IMG/VR virus record: IMGVR_UViG_3300028025_005797
Span: 41,971 to 105,970 of that record
DNA: 64,000 bases
Strand: one strand, 5' to 3'
Origin: a virus
The notes beneath the pieces were generated by a model, which was given only the letters and a program-made list of their open reading frames with translations, was not told where the DNA came from and made no database searches. Positions 1 to 9,997 of this stretch are shown here, piece by piece. Made by a program: the position numbers and the translations under genes. Each line of letters begins with the position of its first letter. The stretch's first letter is position 1.

Positions 1-3000
1 CTGTTCCAAACGTTGGGACAAAGGCAAATGTTTCTGGACCAGATTGTCCAGATAAAGGACTAGCAGTAGGTTTCTCGGCATACCTGCCCATTCCCAAATT
101 TTTCTTAAAGAAAGCAAATGGTTTATTTATACCAATTTGAGATACTAATGAAGACTGACCAGTGGTAACTATATCACCTTGAATGTGTGGATCTAATAAA
201 CTCTTTAAAGTACCCTTACTTAATAAGTCTCTAGTTTCTTGAAATCTTCTTAAGGGATTTTGCAGTGTTCCTTCTAGGTTTTCTTTTGCTAACGGAGTTC
301 CAGCTCCAGGACTAAATCTATACGTTTCGAATGCTGTTAGGTTGAATATTGTAGACAAAGTTGAAGCTTGTGCTTCTGCTTTTTGTGCAGAAGATATAAT
401 TCCTCTTGCAGCTAAATCATCTACAGCAGAAGTAACATTCTGCATTACCGTTAGTGGATCGCCAGTTAGTATTGCTTTTCTTTCTAGAAGAAATCTAAAT
501 ACTTCTGACGACATTTCATCGCCTTTAGTTACAATGCTAGATGATTTTTCAAACATCTTTGATTGCTGCGAGAAATCATCTATATCTGCAAAAGATTTAA
601 TTCTAGCAAATGCCTTACTTACATCTTGATATCTCTTTAAAGCAGTTTCATTTCCTGTAGCCAGTGATTTTCTTTGAGATTCTAAAACATCATTTAATGC
701 GCTAAAGACTCTATTTGCTTGAGCTGGAGTTGATATTCCAACAAAATCATCGACACTAAGACCAGCAAGATCTTCTGGCGTAAAGGAACCAAGCACTTCT
801 CTTTGAACTGATTTGTTTGTTCCATAACTTAATTGCCTATTTGCAAATCTAGTAAATGATTCCATTAACTGAGAATGTGATGCTACTTGTGCTCCCGAAT
901 CAACATCAAGTAAATTATATCTAGCTATTTCTCCGGCATCATCTAACTCTGTACGTAATTGTAAATTCTTCCTTTTTCCAAATCCGCCAATTGAAAATGT
1001 CTCATCTACTTTTCCAGACATTAATTTGGCCATTACAGCATCGTTTTCTACGTCTGCTTGTCTATTTACTAGTCTTCCAAAAAATCTAAATAAAGAGTTT
1101 GGTTGTTCATCTGCGTAATCTAAACGCTCTCTGATTTTTCCCATCACACCTGTTGCAGTGCGACTCTGCTGAGTCCTTTGCCCTGCAGCTAGTTCTGCGG
1201 TGCTGGTAAACATTGATGAAACCGCTGTTGGAATTGGCCTATATGTTCCCTCTAAAGCTGTAGCGGTAGCACCTGTGTGACCATATAGTCTTCCCTTTGT
1301 GCCAAGAAAGCCACCAGTACTATGCCATGTATAGAAATCTGCCTTAGAACCTTTAACAAATGGTTGACTTGCTGCTCCTGAGGTTACTTGATATTTTCCA
1401 GCTTTTGCCATTCCAGCAAAATCTTTATAACCCAGCATTTGCATTGGGTTAATCCCAATGACTGGAACTTTAGTTTCAGTAGCTAAAGCTTCTGTTACTT
1501 TTCTAATTCCAGATCTAATTGGATTAAAGTTTACTACCTGATCGCCCGACGTGTAATATCCTTTAACATTACTTAACGTAGTTTGAGTAGAAGATGTTTT
1601 AATTCTATTTAATATACCTAGCTCAACACTATTATCTCCGCTTAGTATATTTTTGGTTAAAGAATTTTGAAGTGATGGATCTGTTATTTGGCCTGTAATT
1701 GTTTGGTAAGCTAGTTTTTCTCTATCTAGAAAATCGTCTACGGTAAGACCTTTTAATCCAAAGAGTCCAGCTAATCCAGATGTTGGACCAGCAACCATTT
1801 CCTTATTATTCATTAAGTAGCCTCTAAGTTGAGAGGCATTTCTTACATCTATTCCACGAGCACCTAATGCTTGTTGCAGCTTATTTGCATCACCTAAGAT
1901 TGACTCGTCTAAACCAAATACTTTTCCAGCTCTTCTAGCCATCTCAGCTCTAAGCTGACTTGCTTGAACTGAATCTCCAGCTGCATCTAAATAATTTCCT
2001 CTGTTTAATTTTTGCGGCTTTAATACAGAAGAGAATACTTCTTTTTCAAAAACTGTTCTAGCTGACTCGTGTGCGTTTGCTGTGTTTATGCCAACGTTTA
2101 AGCCTTTGCGACTAAATGCAGCTTCGTCAAATAAAATGTTATCTGTTGCTTTTACAGCTTTTCTTAGTTTATCTGCGTCAAACACATCTGGTATTGGATT
2201 ATTTTTTCCATATTTTCCAGAATTAAATCTATTAATTAATTGACCAAAAAAATCTTCTCCAACGATTTCTTCTTTACCCATTCTCAATCGTTCGGTTGGG
2301 CTAATGGATTCTTTAACACTTCCACCAGTCTTCTTGGATGAAACTACTCTATAGATATCATCACTGACAGTAAGGTTTGCAGTAAAATTTTTGGCAACAG
2401 ATTCATCTAGCCCACCTTCTATTAACTGCTGCTGCAATCTGTCTTTGTAAGCACCTTGTCTCAACATTTTTAAGAAAGTGCTTGTTGGTCCCTCTCCACC
2501 TGTTTTAGTGTTGAATTCATTTAAAAGACTAAATACATCTGATGATCTTTTTCTTTGAATATTTAATATTGATTCACCAAGTGAAGAATCTATTGCTCGA
2601 GCACCAGATGGAGTCGCTCTATCAACTCCAAGAATTTTTCCAAAACCCTTTTGTATTTCAGTCCAGTTTGTTCCAGGTTTATCTAAGAATGATTGAGCAA
2701 AAGAAAGTTTTTGATATTGCTCATGTGCTGATTTTGCACCTTGCCTAACTGCCTTATAACCAGGAATCAGATCCAGCATTGAATCTATTTGCGTTCCTTG
2801 TAGTGGTTTATTTACATCTACTTGATTTAGTTTTGTTTTATTGCCTCTATATATATCTTTAGCTAAATCTTGCACTACCTGTCTTCTAGGAGCTTTTGCT
2901 CCACCAGGTGCTGCAGTAGAACCATGCCTCTGTGAATAAAGAGCTGCAACTGGGTTCTTGTGAATATCTGTCATTGCAATAAATGCGCTTGACAAAGCTC

Positions 3001-3929
3001 CAGATGATCTTTCCGAAAACTTAATTGACTTATCCAATACGCTAAATAAGTCGTGACCAACACCTTCAAGTATTCCTTTTAGGTTTAAAGATTTTTCATA
3101 TATAGCATGTTTTGTTGTATTTTTTATTGTAGAATAACCAGTGGCGTTTGTTGCCATTAGTCTTTCTTGTGCTGTTCTATAAAAATTTAATGAGCTTTCT
3201 TTTGCTGCACCAGCCGCAGCTGTTGGCAACATAAATCCACCCATTTGGAATAGAGTTGTCTTAGCTAGATCCTTAGCTATATCTACACCTCTAGATGGAT
3301 CATACCATTTCTTTTTTGGTCCAAGATCTTCTTCACCGTTACCAAATAATGGCTTAGTTATATATTTATCTGCTGCATAAAAAGCAGGTACTTCGTACGG
3401 TAGTCTTCTAGCTTGACGAACTAGTCTCTGCTGAAGCTCATCTCTATAGTGCCATGTGGCGGTTGATGAGGCACCTTTGCGCTCTGCCCCAAATGCGTAC
3501 CCGGCATTAACAATGCTCTTGTGTCCTTCGTAACCTGTTTGAAGTTTTCCAGCGGAATCAAAAACTAATTTTGTTTTTCCCTCTTCTAAACGAGTCACTC
3601 CCTCAAGTTCGTCAAGTATGCTTCTTGCTTTTAATAAACCATAATTAGCTCTAGATATAAAGCTGCCTTCAGCAGATGCTGCTGCTCTTTCGGTAAAAGC
3701 TTTTCCGTATTTTTAGGCCACCACCTCTTACAAATTTTCCAGCAACTGTGGCTGCAACACCAGTTGCAATCATGGCTGAAGCCATCTTTACTAGTGGTCT
3801 ACCCTCTAGGGCTCTACTAACGTAGCCAGAATCTGGAGATGGACCATTTTGAGTATCATCTCCTGTGGAGAATTCTCTAGAAGTTACGCCAAATCCAATA
3901 TTATGGATTGGTCCTCTATCTCTCTGCAT
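1..3929 (-). CDS. Probable tape measure / very large tail protein (3' partial, >1300 aa), needing a +1 shift at CGG 3707-3705
   Basis: ATG 3929 after a GGGGGTGA SD-like site. Frame 0 stops at 3669. Skipping the C of codon 75 gives ...GGGLKI-G-KAFTERAAASAEG..., apparently open to the window edge. Follows tube and chaperone genes. Confidence 0.7.
3704..3707 (-). other. +1 recoding site CGGA (codon 75, tape measure)
   Basis: ATA CGG AAA...TGA vs ATA [C]GGA AAA GCT. Confidence 0.8.
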
Positions 3930-3944
3930 TAGTCACCCCCTTTT

Positions 3945-4578
3945 TTATCTACTCATACCCCAAAGTTTTTGAGCAATTGGGTCACTATATGTTGCTGATC
4001 CCTCTACCTTAGAAGCATTGTGTCTAGCAGCTGATTGAGCTTCTTTTTCTCTTTCCTCCTGAGGATCGATTAAAGATAGAGTTACATTCGTAGATTCGAT
4101 TCCAGCAATTGCCTGCTGAACTTCTATTATCTTTTCTGCTAATGCAACTCTTTCTGCTAGCTTTGAATATGTCAATGAGTCTAAGAACTCTGGAGTATCT
4201 GTATGTATAGTAGCCAGAACAAAGGCTTTCATTAAGCCTCTAACGTGATTAGCTATTACTCTTTTTTCCTCTAAAATTCGCTTAGCTGTGCGTGCTGATG
4301 CAAAGCCGGAAAATTCAACTATTTGCTCAGCTAGAGAGCTAATGGCTCCAGGTGGAAATTTGTTTAAATCAAAATCCTCAGGATAAACTACGGATGCTCT
4401 AATAATCTCATCTTCTGCGTCAGCAGAAGATATACCTTCAGTACTCTTGTACGCTGCAACTTTATCAAACTCGGAGAAAGTTAATTCTTTAAATACTATT
4501 TCAGATCCGTTTTATTTCGGTCTGAAATATTGAACCGTGTTTTTTCTTTAGCTCAAAAAGAATTCCTGCATCTAACAT
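3945..4578 (-). CDS. Tail assembly chaperone-like protein 2 (210 aa with +1 shift at CGG 4509-4507)
   Basis: ATG 4578 directly after the upstream stop. MLDAGILFELKKKHGSIFQTEIK-G-SEIVFKELTFSEF resembles the neighbour's KAWKKQYGEVYVTSI...IIWRVLSRIEY. Joins ORF 3945..4232. Confidence 0.7.
4506..4509 (-). other. +1 recoding site CGGA (codon 24, chaperone 2)
   Basis: AAA CGG ATC TGA vs AAA [C]GGA TCT GAA. Confidence 0.8.
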
Positions 4579-4579
4579 C

Positions 4580-5119
4580 TTAGAGTTGTCTAACCTCTAG
4601 GGCAACGAATCCAGAAGCCTCTAGAACTTCTTGTGAGATAAGAGAAGGAAGACCAGCCATGTCGCCAGTAAGAGCCTGCTTGTCGTATGATGGGAATAGA
4701 ATGCAGAGTTCTGAAATTGCTTCTTCGTTCCACATATTTGCTTCTGCATTAGATAGTTGACCAGCTTGCATTAGGGTTTCCATCTTCTTAACAAGCTGCT
4801 TGTATTCAATTCTGGAAAGAACGCGCCATATAATATGCTTATCAAAAGAAATAGAAGTTACATACACTTCACCATACTGTTTCTTCCATGCTTTGATTTG
4901 TCCAGCTGTAGGACCATTATCGAAGATAACCTGATCATCTGCTAATTCTTCAACCGTTGTGGCCTGTTCAACAGGGATTTGTTCATCTGAATAATCAGAT
5001 ACAATGATGTCACCATCTTGTGGTTCATCGGTTTCTAAAAAAATTTCGACTGATTCAGCAGATATTTCTTCTGCCATTTCTTTATCTTGTCTAACTACAA
5101 CTTTTCTCTTCTCAGACAT
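4580..5119 (-). CDS. Tail assembly chaperone
   Basis: Acidic 179 aa; IxxWKxxYGEVY motif; lies between tube genes and tape measure. Confidence 0.65.
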   Translation of the reverse strand: MSEKRKVVVRQDKEMAEEISAESVEIFLETDEPQDGDIIVSDYSDEQIPVEQATTVEELADDQVIFDNGPTAGQIKAWKKQYGEVYVTSISFDKHIIWRVLSRIEYKQLVKKMETLMQAGQLSNAEANMWNEEAISELCILFPSYDKQALTGDMAGLPSLISQEVLEASGFVALEVRQL

Positions 5120-5173
5120 TGTTTCTCCTTATATCGTTTCAAATTACATTATATCATATATGTATTAAATTTA

Positions 5174-6211
5174 TTATCTTGGCAGAGTACTATCAGTTCT
5201 GTTAACCAATGGACTCTCAACTACTGATTTTGTAGCGTTAGAAGCCTGTGGCTCTGTTGAAACAAAGGTTTTACCAGTATATGGATTAAAACCGGATTCT
5301 GCCTCTGTAAGATAAAAGTCTCTCGCCACAAAGCTATAGGTCTCTATTAAAGGAGATCCTCCGCTTTGATATTCCGTACTCATTTGCATTAAGTGTACGT
5401 TTTGTAAAACAATCTTCATTGGAGTTTTAGTGTCTGACATTTTAACTTTTCTCTCATTTATGTCAGTTGATATTATCCTGTCTAGATTGTCTCTCTGCTC
5501 CATTGAGGCCGTAGAAGCGTTCTCAGTGACTCCTACGGGGCTTAAACTTGATTCCTCTACACCATAGACTATGACAAAGTTAAATGGAGGATGAGCGCTG
5601 AAAATATTATGTTGACCATCTGCAGAAGATGTGCTTATTGCTGGATCAGTAGTTATTCTATCTAACTGACTATTGGCCCAATATTTCTGTATGTTTTCTT
5701 CATCTGTTCTTGATTCATTTTGTGACCTTAAAACAGATACGACTCCAGAGTTATCAGATTTGCCTGATGCAGAAAAGCTTCTAACTCTTGCTGCCTCTTC
5801 TAAAAGATGTGTCATTCTTCTTGGGTATCTTGAGTATAAAGAAAACTGACCAGTTATTATTCTGGACCCATTCATCATGGCATCAAAGTTATATGACCAG
5901 AATCCATAGACTGCTTGTTTTTCTTGTTTAATTAAAAAACCAAATCCAGCTATATCTAGTTCATCCTTTGGATCAAATAAACCATCAATATAAACTTTTA
6001 CGTCTTCGCCGGAGAAAAAGTAATCATAATAATTACTAAAACGAGGATCCCCAGAAGTTTTACCACCAGCCCAATATAAATCTAATTCTGCACTAAGTGG
6101 ATCGAATGTTCCATTCTTGTTTCCCAAACCAGGATTAGTTGATACGGTATCTTGATATGGAATATAACCACTAAATGGTCTATATGGAACAGCTCTATAT
6201 GGACTTGTCAT
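5174..6211 (-). CDS. Tail tube-like paralog (baseplate hub/initiator)
   Basis: FFSGEDVKV...QEKQAVYGF...GSRIITGQF...PPFNFVIVY align with the two upstream tube-like proteins. Confidence 0.6.
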   Translation of the reverse strand: MTSPYRAVPYRPFSGYIPYQDTVSTNPGLGNKNGTFDPLSAELDLYWAGGKTSGDPRFSNYYDYFFSGEDVKVYIDGLFDPKDELDIAGFGFLIKQEKQAVYGFWSYNFDAMMNGSRIITGQFSLYSRYPRRMTHLLEEAARVRSFSASGKSDNSGVVSVLRSQNESRTDEENIQKYWANSQLDRITTDPAISTSSADGQHNIFSAHPPFNFVIVYGVEESSLSPVGVTENASTASMEQRDNLDRIISTDINERKVKMSDTKTPMKIVLQNVHLMQMSTEYQSGGSPLIETYSFVARDFYLTEAESGFNPYTGKTFVSTEPQASNATKSVVESPLVNRTDSTLPR

Positions 6212-6220
6212 ACTTAAACC

Positions 6221-6994
6221 TTAAACAATTGTAGGCGGTGAATATATTCTTTCAATAAAATTCTTATAATCTTCGACTCTATCTCCAAAAGCATTTGTTG
6301 ATATTCTTAATCTTTCATTCTGCTGAGCTTGATATCCGTCAGGGTATCTAAGGTCATCACGAGCCGCATCCAATTGTACCAGAGGCTGCAGGCCTCTAGC
6401 CATATAAGTATAGGTTTGTTCGGTGATTAAGTCGTCTATTGACATAGTACCACCCTCGTCTACAAGGGTAACACCAAATATTTTCATTTTTGCTGCTAAA
6501 CCATATTCGTTAAAGAATGTAAATACAATGTCAAATGGTGGCAGCATGTCCGCCAAAGGAGCAAAATAGCCTTTGCTGTCAGAAAGAATTTTTCTATAAC
6601 TTTCTATTCTATAGAATGCGTACTCATTAAACTGAGTAAATATCATGCTTCCAGCTATGGTTCTAGCGCCTTTAACAAACCCTCTTGGATTAACATGACC
6701 GAGTGTTCTTACCGGAGAGTTTTCTCTGTGCATTGAATAAGATATTGTTTGAAGTTCCGCCATTTCCAGCACGTCGCCTTCATTGGAAATAAATCCATTT
6801 TCTCCAATTTTAGGAATAATGATTGTGGCTGTTATGTCTGCACCAGAAAATGACATATCAGAAAATGGATCTGGAAGATTATTATTTTTTCTAAATTCTT
6901 TTACACCCTCTTCGTAGGTGGAGAGTCTATTTTTTCTTGATGATATAGTCGTAAGATTTGCTATATCTGATACATCTTTTTGGTTAAATGCCAT
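6221..6994 (-). CDS. Tail tube-like paralog
   Basis: FSGADITAT...ISYSMHRENSPVRTLGHVNPRGFVKGARTIAGSMIFT...LPPFDIVFTFFNEYG...MSIDD; clear paralog of 7082..7771. Confidence 0.7.
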   Translation of the reverse strand: MAFNQKDVSDIANLTTISSRKNRLSTYEEGVKEFRKNNNLPDPFSDMSFSGADITATIIIPKIGENGFISNEGDVLEMAELQTISYSMHRENSPVRTLGHVNPRGFVKGARTIAGSMIFTQFNEYAFYRIESYRKILSDSKGYFAPLADMLPPFDIVFTFFNEYGLAAKMKIFGVTLVDEGGTMSIDDLITEQTYTYMARGLQPLVQLDAARDDLRYPDGYQAQQNERLRISTNAFGDRVEDYKNFIERIYSPPTIV

Positions 6995-7005
6995 GTTATT
7001 CCTTA

Positions 7006-7053
7006 AAAATAAAATAGTGGAGGATTGGTCCTACACCAAGTCCTCCACTATTT
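7006..7053 (-). terminator. Rho-independent terminator-like hairpin after the major tube gene
   Basis: AATAGTGGAGGA(C)TTGGT-GTAGG-ACCAATCCTCCACTATT followed by TTATTTTT on the - strand. Confidence 0.7.
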
Positions 7054-7081
7054 AGTAACTACTATACTTATTTGATAATAA

Positions 7082-7771
7082 TTATGGTCTAATTATCTCG
7101 CTGTTTAATCCACTTGAAGATACTGCTTCTTTGCTAATCAAAGAACCTAAGTCTTCTGAGTTGAATCTGTTAAGATTATCCGTTGTAATCTTATACATTG
7201 GACCAATTTCACGAGCAACGTATGTCATTGTTTCTTCGATAACAATGTCATCCATCGAAGCTCCTGAACCTTCGTTTAACAGTTCAACACCATAGATTGA
7301 TCTAACTGCAGCTTGACCATATTCGTTAACAAATGTGATTGTAATATCGAATGGTGGGATTTGGTCTGCGTAGTATGGTGTCTTGCTAACTACGTCTCTT
7401 GTTTGATTTGTTACTTCAGCAATACCTCTCTTGTGGCTTGGATCGCCAGGAAGTGTATTATGAGCTCTTGTGAAAAACTTCATTTCCGAAGAAGAGTTGT
7501 GATGTGTTTCAAGCATCTGGTACAGAGCTGGGCGGTCAAATACTGTAAATATCAACGAACCAGCAATACCTCTTTTACCTCTTGAAAATGAACGTGGGTT
7601 TGGTGAACCCATTGTGTAAATTGGCGCCTTTTCTCTTGTCACTGAGAAAGTGATTCCCGAAAGAGCTCCGATTTCAACGCCACCAAAAGTGGCAACAATA
7701 TCAGCACCAGAAAATGTTGTATAAGTATTGAGATACTTGTTTACTGGACTGTCGTAGTATTCGCCTGCCAT
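7082..7771 (-). CDS. Major tail tube protein
   Basis: Directly follows the sheath gene; strong SD (AGGAGG); FSGADIVATF...REKAPIYTMGSPNPRSFSRGKRGIAGSLIF motif of large-myovirus tubes. Confidence 0.75.
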   Translation of the reverse strand: MAGEYYDSPVNKYLNTYTTFSGADIVATFGGVEIGALSGITFSVTREKAPIYTMGSPNPRSFSRGKRGIAGSLIFTVFDRPALYQMLETHHNSSSEMKFFTRAHNTLPGDPSHKRGIAEVTNQTRDVVSKTPYYADQIPPFDITITFVNEYGQAAVRSIYGVELLNEGSGASMDDIVIEETMTYVAREIGPMYKITTDNLNRFNSEDLGSLISKEAVSSSGLNSEIIRP

Positions 7772-7818
7772 ATTACCCTCCTAATCGGTATATAAATTTG
7801 CAGTGTTTTTATATAATA

Positions 7819-9084
7819 TTAACCGAGCTCAACTGACATTTGGACTTCGATATTTCTAAGTTCAAATGCAGGTGTTATAACCAAGTCAATAAGTGCTTTG
7901 TTTTCTTCAGCGATGTATCTGATGTTGAAATCGCTATCTAAGATGGCGCCCAACTGCTGCATTCCTCTGAGGGATGAAGTAATTGAGGTTTCCATTGAGT
8001 TTCTAACTTGAATAGTCGAAGGCTGACCGATAAACTTCTGACAGCTTTGACGGACAACCAACATTGCCTCGTTAACAATTCTGAGTGTTGTTAATCTTGT
8101 GTAGTCTGAACTGGAACCAGCAAAAGTTACACCATCTGTAAAGATTGGTGCTCTATTGAAGTTCAACATAATCGAGTTTACACCCTTATTAGTCATTGCT
8201 AACAAGGTTGTTTTGCTAGGATTATATCTTAGTGCAGCAACGTTATAAACTGTCTTGTTTATAGTTGAAGTATATGAAGCCATTCTGCTGACTGCAGCAG
8301 CTAATACTGCTGAACCATTTGAGTAACCCCATGAAGCTGGATAGTTTGCAGGCTTTAACTCTGAACCAATTACAGCAACGTGTCTTCCAAGCTCTTTAGC
8401 AGCAACTCCATTGAATGTTGTTGCTGAATCTCTATCTGAAAGAGTTGCCAAGGCAAGGTGTGTTGATACTTGTCCAGGAGTCATTACGTCGTTAGCACCA
8501 ACGTATGGCTTTGTTCCCAAAATAGCAAAACATGGGTGACTGTTCTCGTTGATTTCCTTAACTTTATCAGCAATTTTTACTGCCCAGTTGTTTCCAATTG
8601 TTACTGAGTTGTCTGCATGGAAACCATAAATTGTATCAGCCGATGCGGAGAAAGACTCAGAAGGAGTTGCGTCCCAGAGTCCTGCTCTTGCACCACTTCC
8701 CCAAGGAAGAATGATATCTGGTTGAGCGGCTTCTGCTGCAATGAACATTGCATCTAAAACGCTGCCACCAAAATTGCTACTTGTCACAGTAGCTGAGCTA
8801 TGATTCCAAGTGGTATCACTTGGCAGTGGGACCATGTAGATTCTTTCTGCGCCTGCAGAAACAAGCTCAAAAAAAGCTCTGTGACAGCCTGAGCCGTTAC
8901 CAAAAGCAGTTATCACATCTTGTTCATTTGTGCACAGGACTACGTCAAGGTCTGCAACGTTGCCTGCTCCGTCTGCTGTTGTTCTTTTTGCTATTACTAC
9001 AACCCTAGGTCCGACTGGACTATCCTGACGGGAGATGCTGTAGAAGCGGTCTTTAATTATTGTTTTTACACCTGGTAGAGCCAT
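7819..9084 (-). CDS. Tail sheath protein
   Basis: MALPGV N-terminus; C-terminal sheath domain (GVNSI...LTTLRIVN...FIGQP...LVITPAFELRNIEV); SD GGAGG. Confidence 0.85.
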   Translation of the reverse strand: MALPGVKTIIKDRFYSISRQDSPVGPRVVVIAKRTTADGAGNVADLDVVLCTNEQDVITAFGNGSGCHRAFFELVSAGAERIYMVPLPSDTTWNHSSATVTSSNFGGSVLDAMFIAAEAAQPDIILPWGSGARAGLWDATPSESFSASADTIYGFHADNSVTIGNNWAVKIADKVKEINENSHPCFAILGTKPYVGANDVMTPGQVSTHLALATLSDRDSATTFNGVAAKELGRHVAVIGSELKPANYPASWGYSNGSAVLAAAVSRMASYTSTINKTVYNVAALRYNPSKTTLLAMTNKGVNSIMLNFNRAPIFTDGVTFAGSSSDYTRLTTLRIVNEAMLVVRQSCQKFIGQPSTIQVRNSMETSITSSLRGMQQLGAILDSDFNIRYIAEENKALIDLVITPAFELRNIEVQMSVELG

Positions 9085-9131
9085 GTTATTTTTAACCTCC
9101 GAGTCACGGATTTATTGGATTAACTCGAAAG

Positions 9132-9140
9132 ATATAGTAA
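9132..9140 (-). promoter_or_regulatory. Putative late-promoter box TTACTATAT upstream of the sheath gene
   Basis: Motif recurs in about 11 intergenic gaps. Confidence 0.6.
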
Positions 9141-9186
9141 TGGGGTACCCGTCAAAACTAACTAGATTTACATATTAGAGTAGATA

Positions 9187-9996
9187 TTATAAGTTTGGAG
9201 TAGCGCTTTGAAATAAGTCTACGATACCTAGACTCATGTCTGGGTTATAAATCGATGCTGGAGTAGCAGCTTGCTCTATTAGGTCTTTTTCATAAGAAAC
9301 CCATTGACGTATGTCGGCCACAATTGATTCAATCTTATCAACTGCTGATACATGTATTTTTTCAGTTGTTAATAAATATGTGACCGTTCTTTTAACTACG
9401 TCAGTTTGGTCCATATTTGTTTCGGTATCTGAAACCCTTCTAGCATATACAAGTTCTGAAGCTCCCAATCTTTTAAAAACTGGAGTATATTCCAACATAA
9501 AATCTTCAAATATTTCCATAATTCTATCGGCAACTTCCGCACCGGCATATCGCAGTTGATCACCTGAAAGCTGACCAGCGTTAGCTTCTACCATAACAGT
9601 AAAAGAAACAACATTCTGAAAACGCTGACCTTCTATAAAATAATATTTACCATCTTCGCCCAAAGCCTTATCCCTGTATCGCATTTTGGGTTCTTGATTA
9701 TGAGCTCTCTTCAATTCAAGACCATAGGCTACACAAGGGTAGGATGCAAACTTACCTCCAAATGTTGCAACAATTGGAATATCTGGATATGAGTTTTCCC
9801 AAAGCATTTTGACAACTTCGATGAATCCAAGATAAGTTAAATTTCCTTCGGCTTTTAATCTCCTTGAATCAGTATCATTATAATACTTGGGATCTTGCTC
9901 TCGAAGCCTATCTCTACTTTCTGTATATTGCTCCCACTTATTGCCTGGTGCTTGGTCAGCGTCAAATCTGCCTGGAAATGGAAATGAAGACTGCAT
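9187..9996 (-). CDS. Probable tail terminator/completion protein
   Basis: Position between neck and sheath genes; 269 aa. Confidence 0.45.
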   Translation of the reverse strand: MQSSFPFPGRFDADQAPGNKWEQYTESRDRLREQDPKYYNDTDSRRLKAEGNLTYLGFIEVVKMLWENSYPDIPIVATFGGKFASYPCVAYGLELKRAHNQEPKMRYRDKALGEDGKYYFIEGQRFQNVVSFTVMVEANAGQLSGDQLRYAGAEVADRIMEIFEDFMLEYTPVFKRLGASELVYARRVSDTETNMDQTDVVKRTVTYLLTTEKIHVSAVDKIESIVADIRQWVSYEKDLIEQAATPASIYNPDMSLGIVDLFQSATPNL

Positions 9997-9997
9997 G

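Noticed and set aside
3945-5119. Classical -1 tail-chaperone (G/GT) frameshift
   Set aside because: The first chaperone ends normally and the second has its own ATG; the break is a +1 at CGG inside the second gene.
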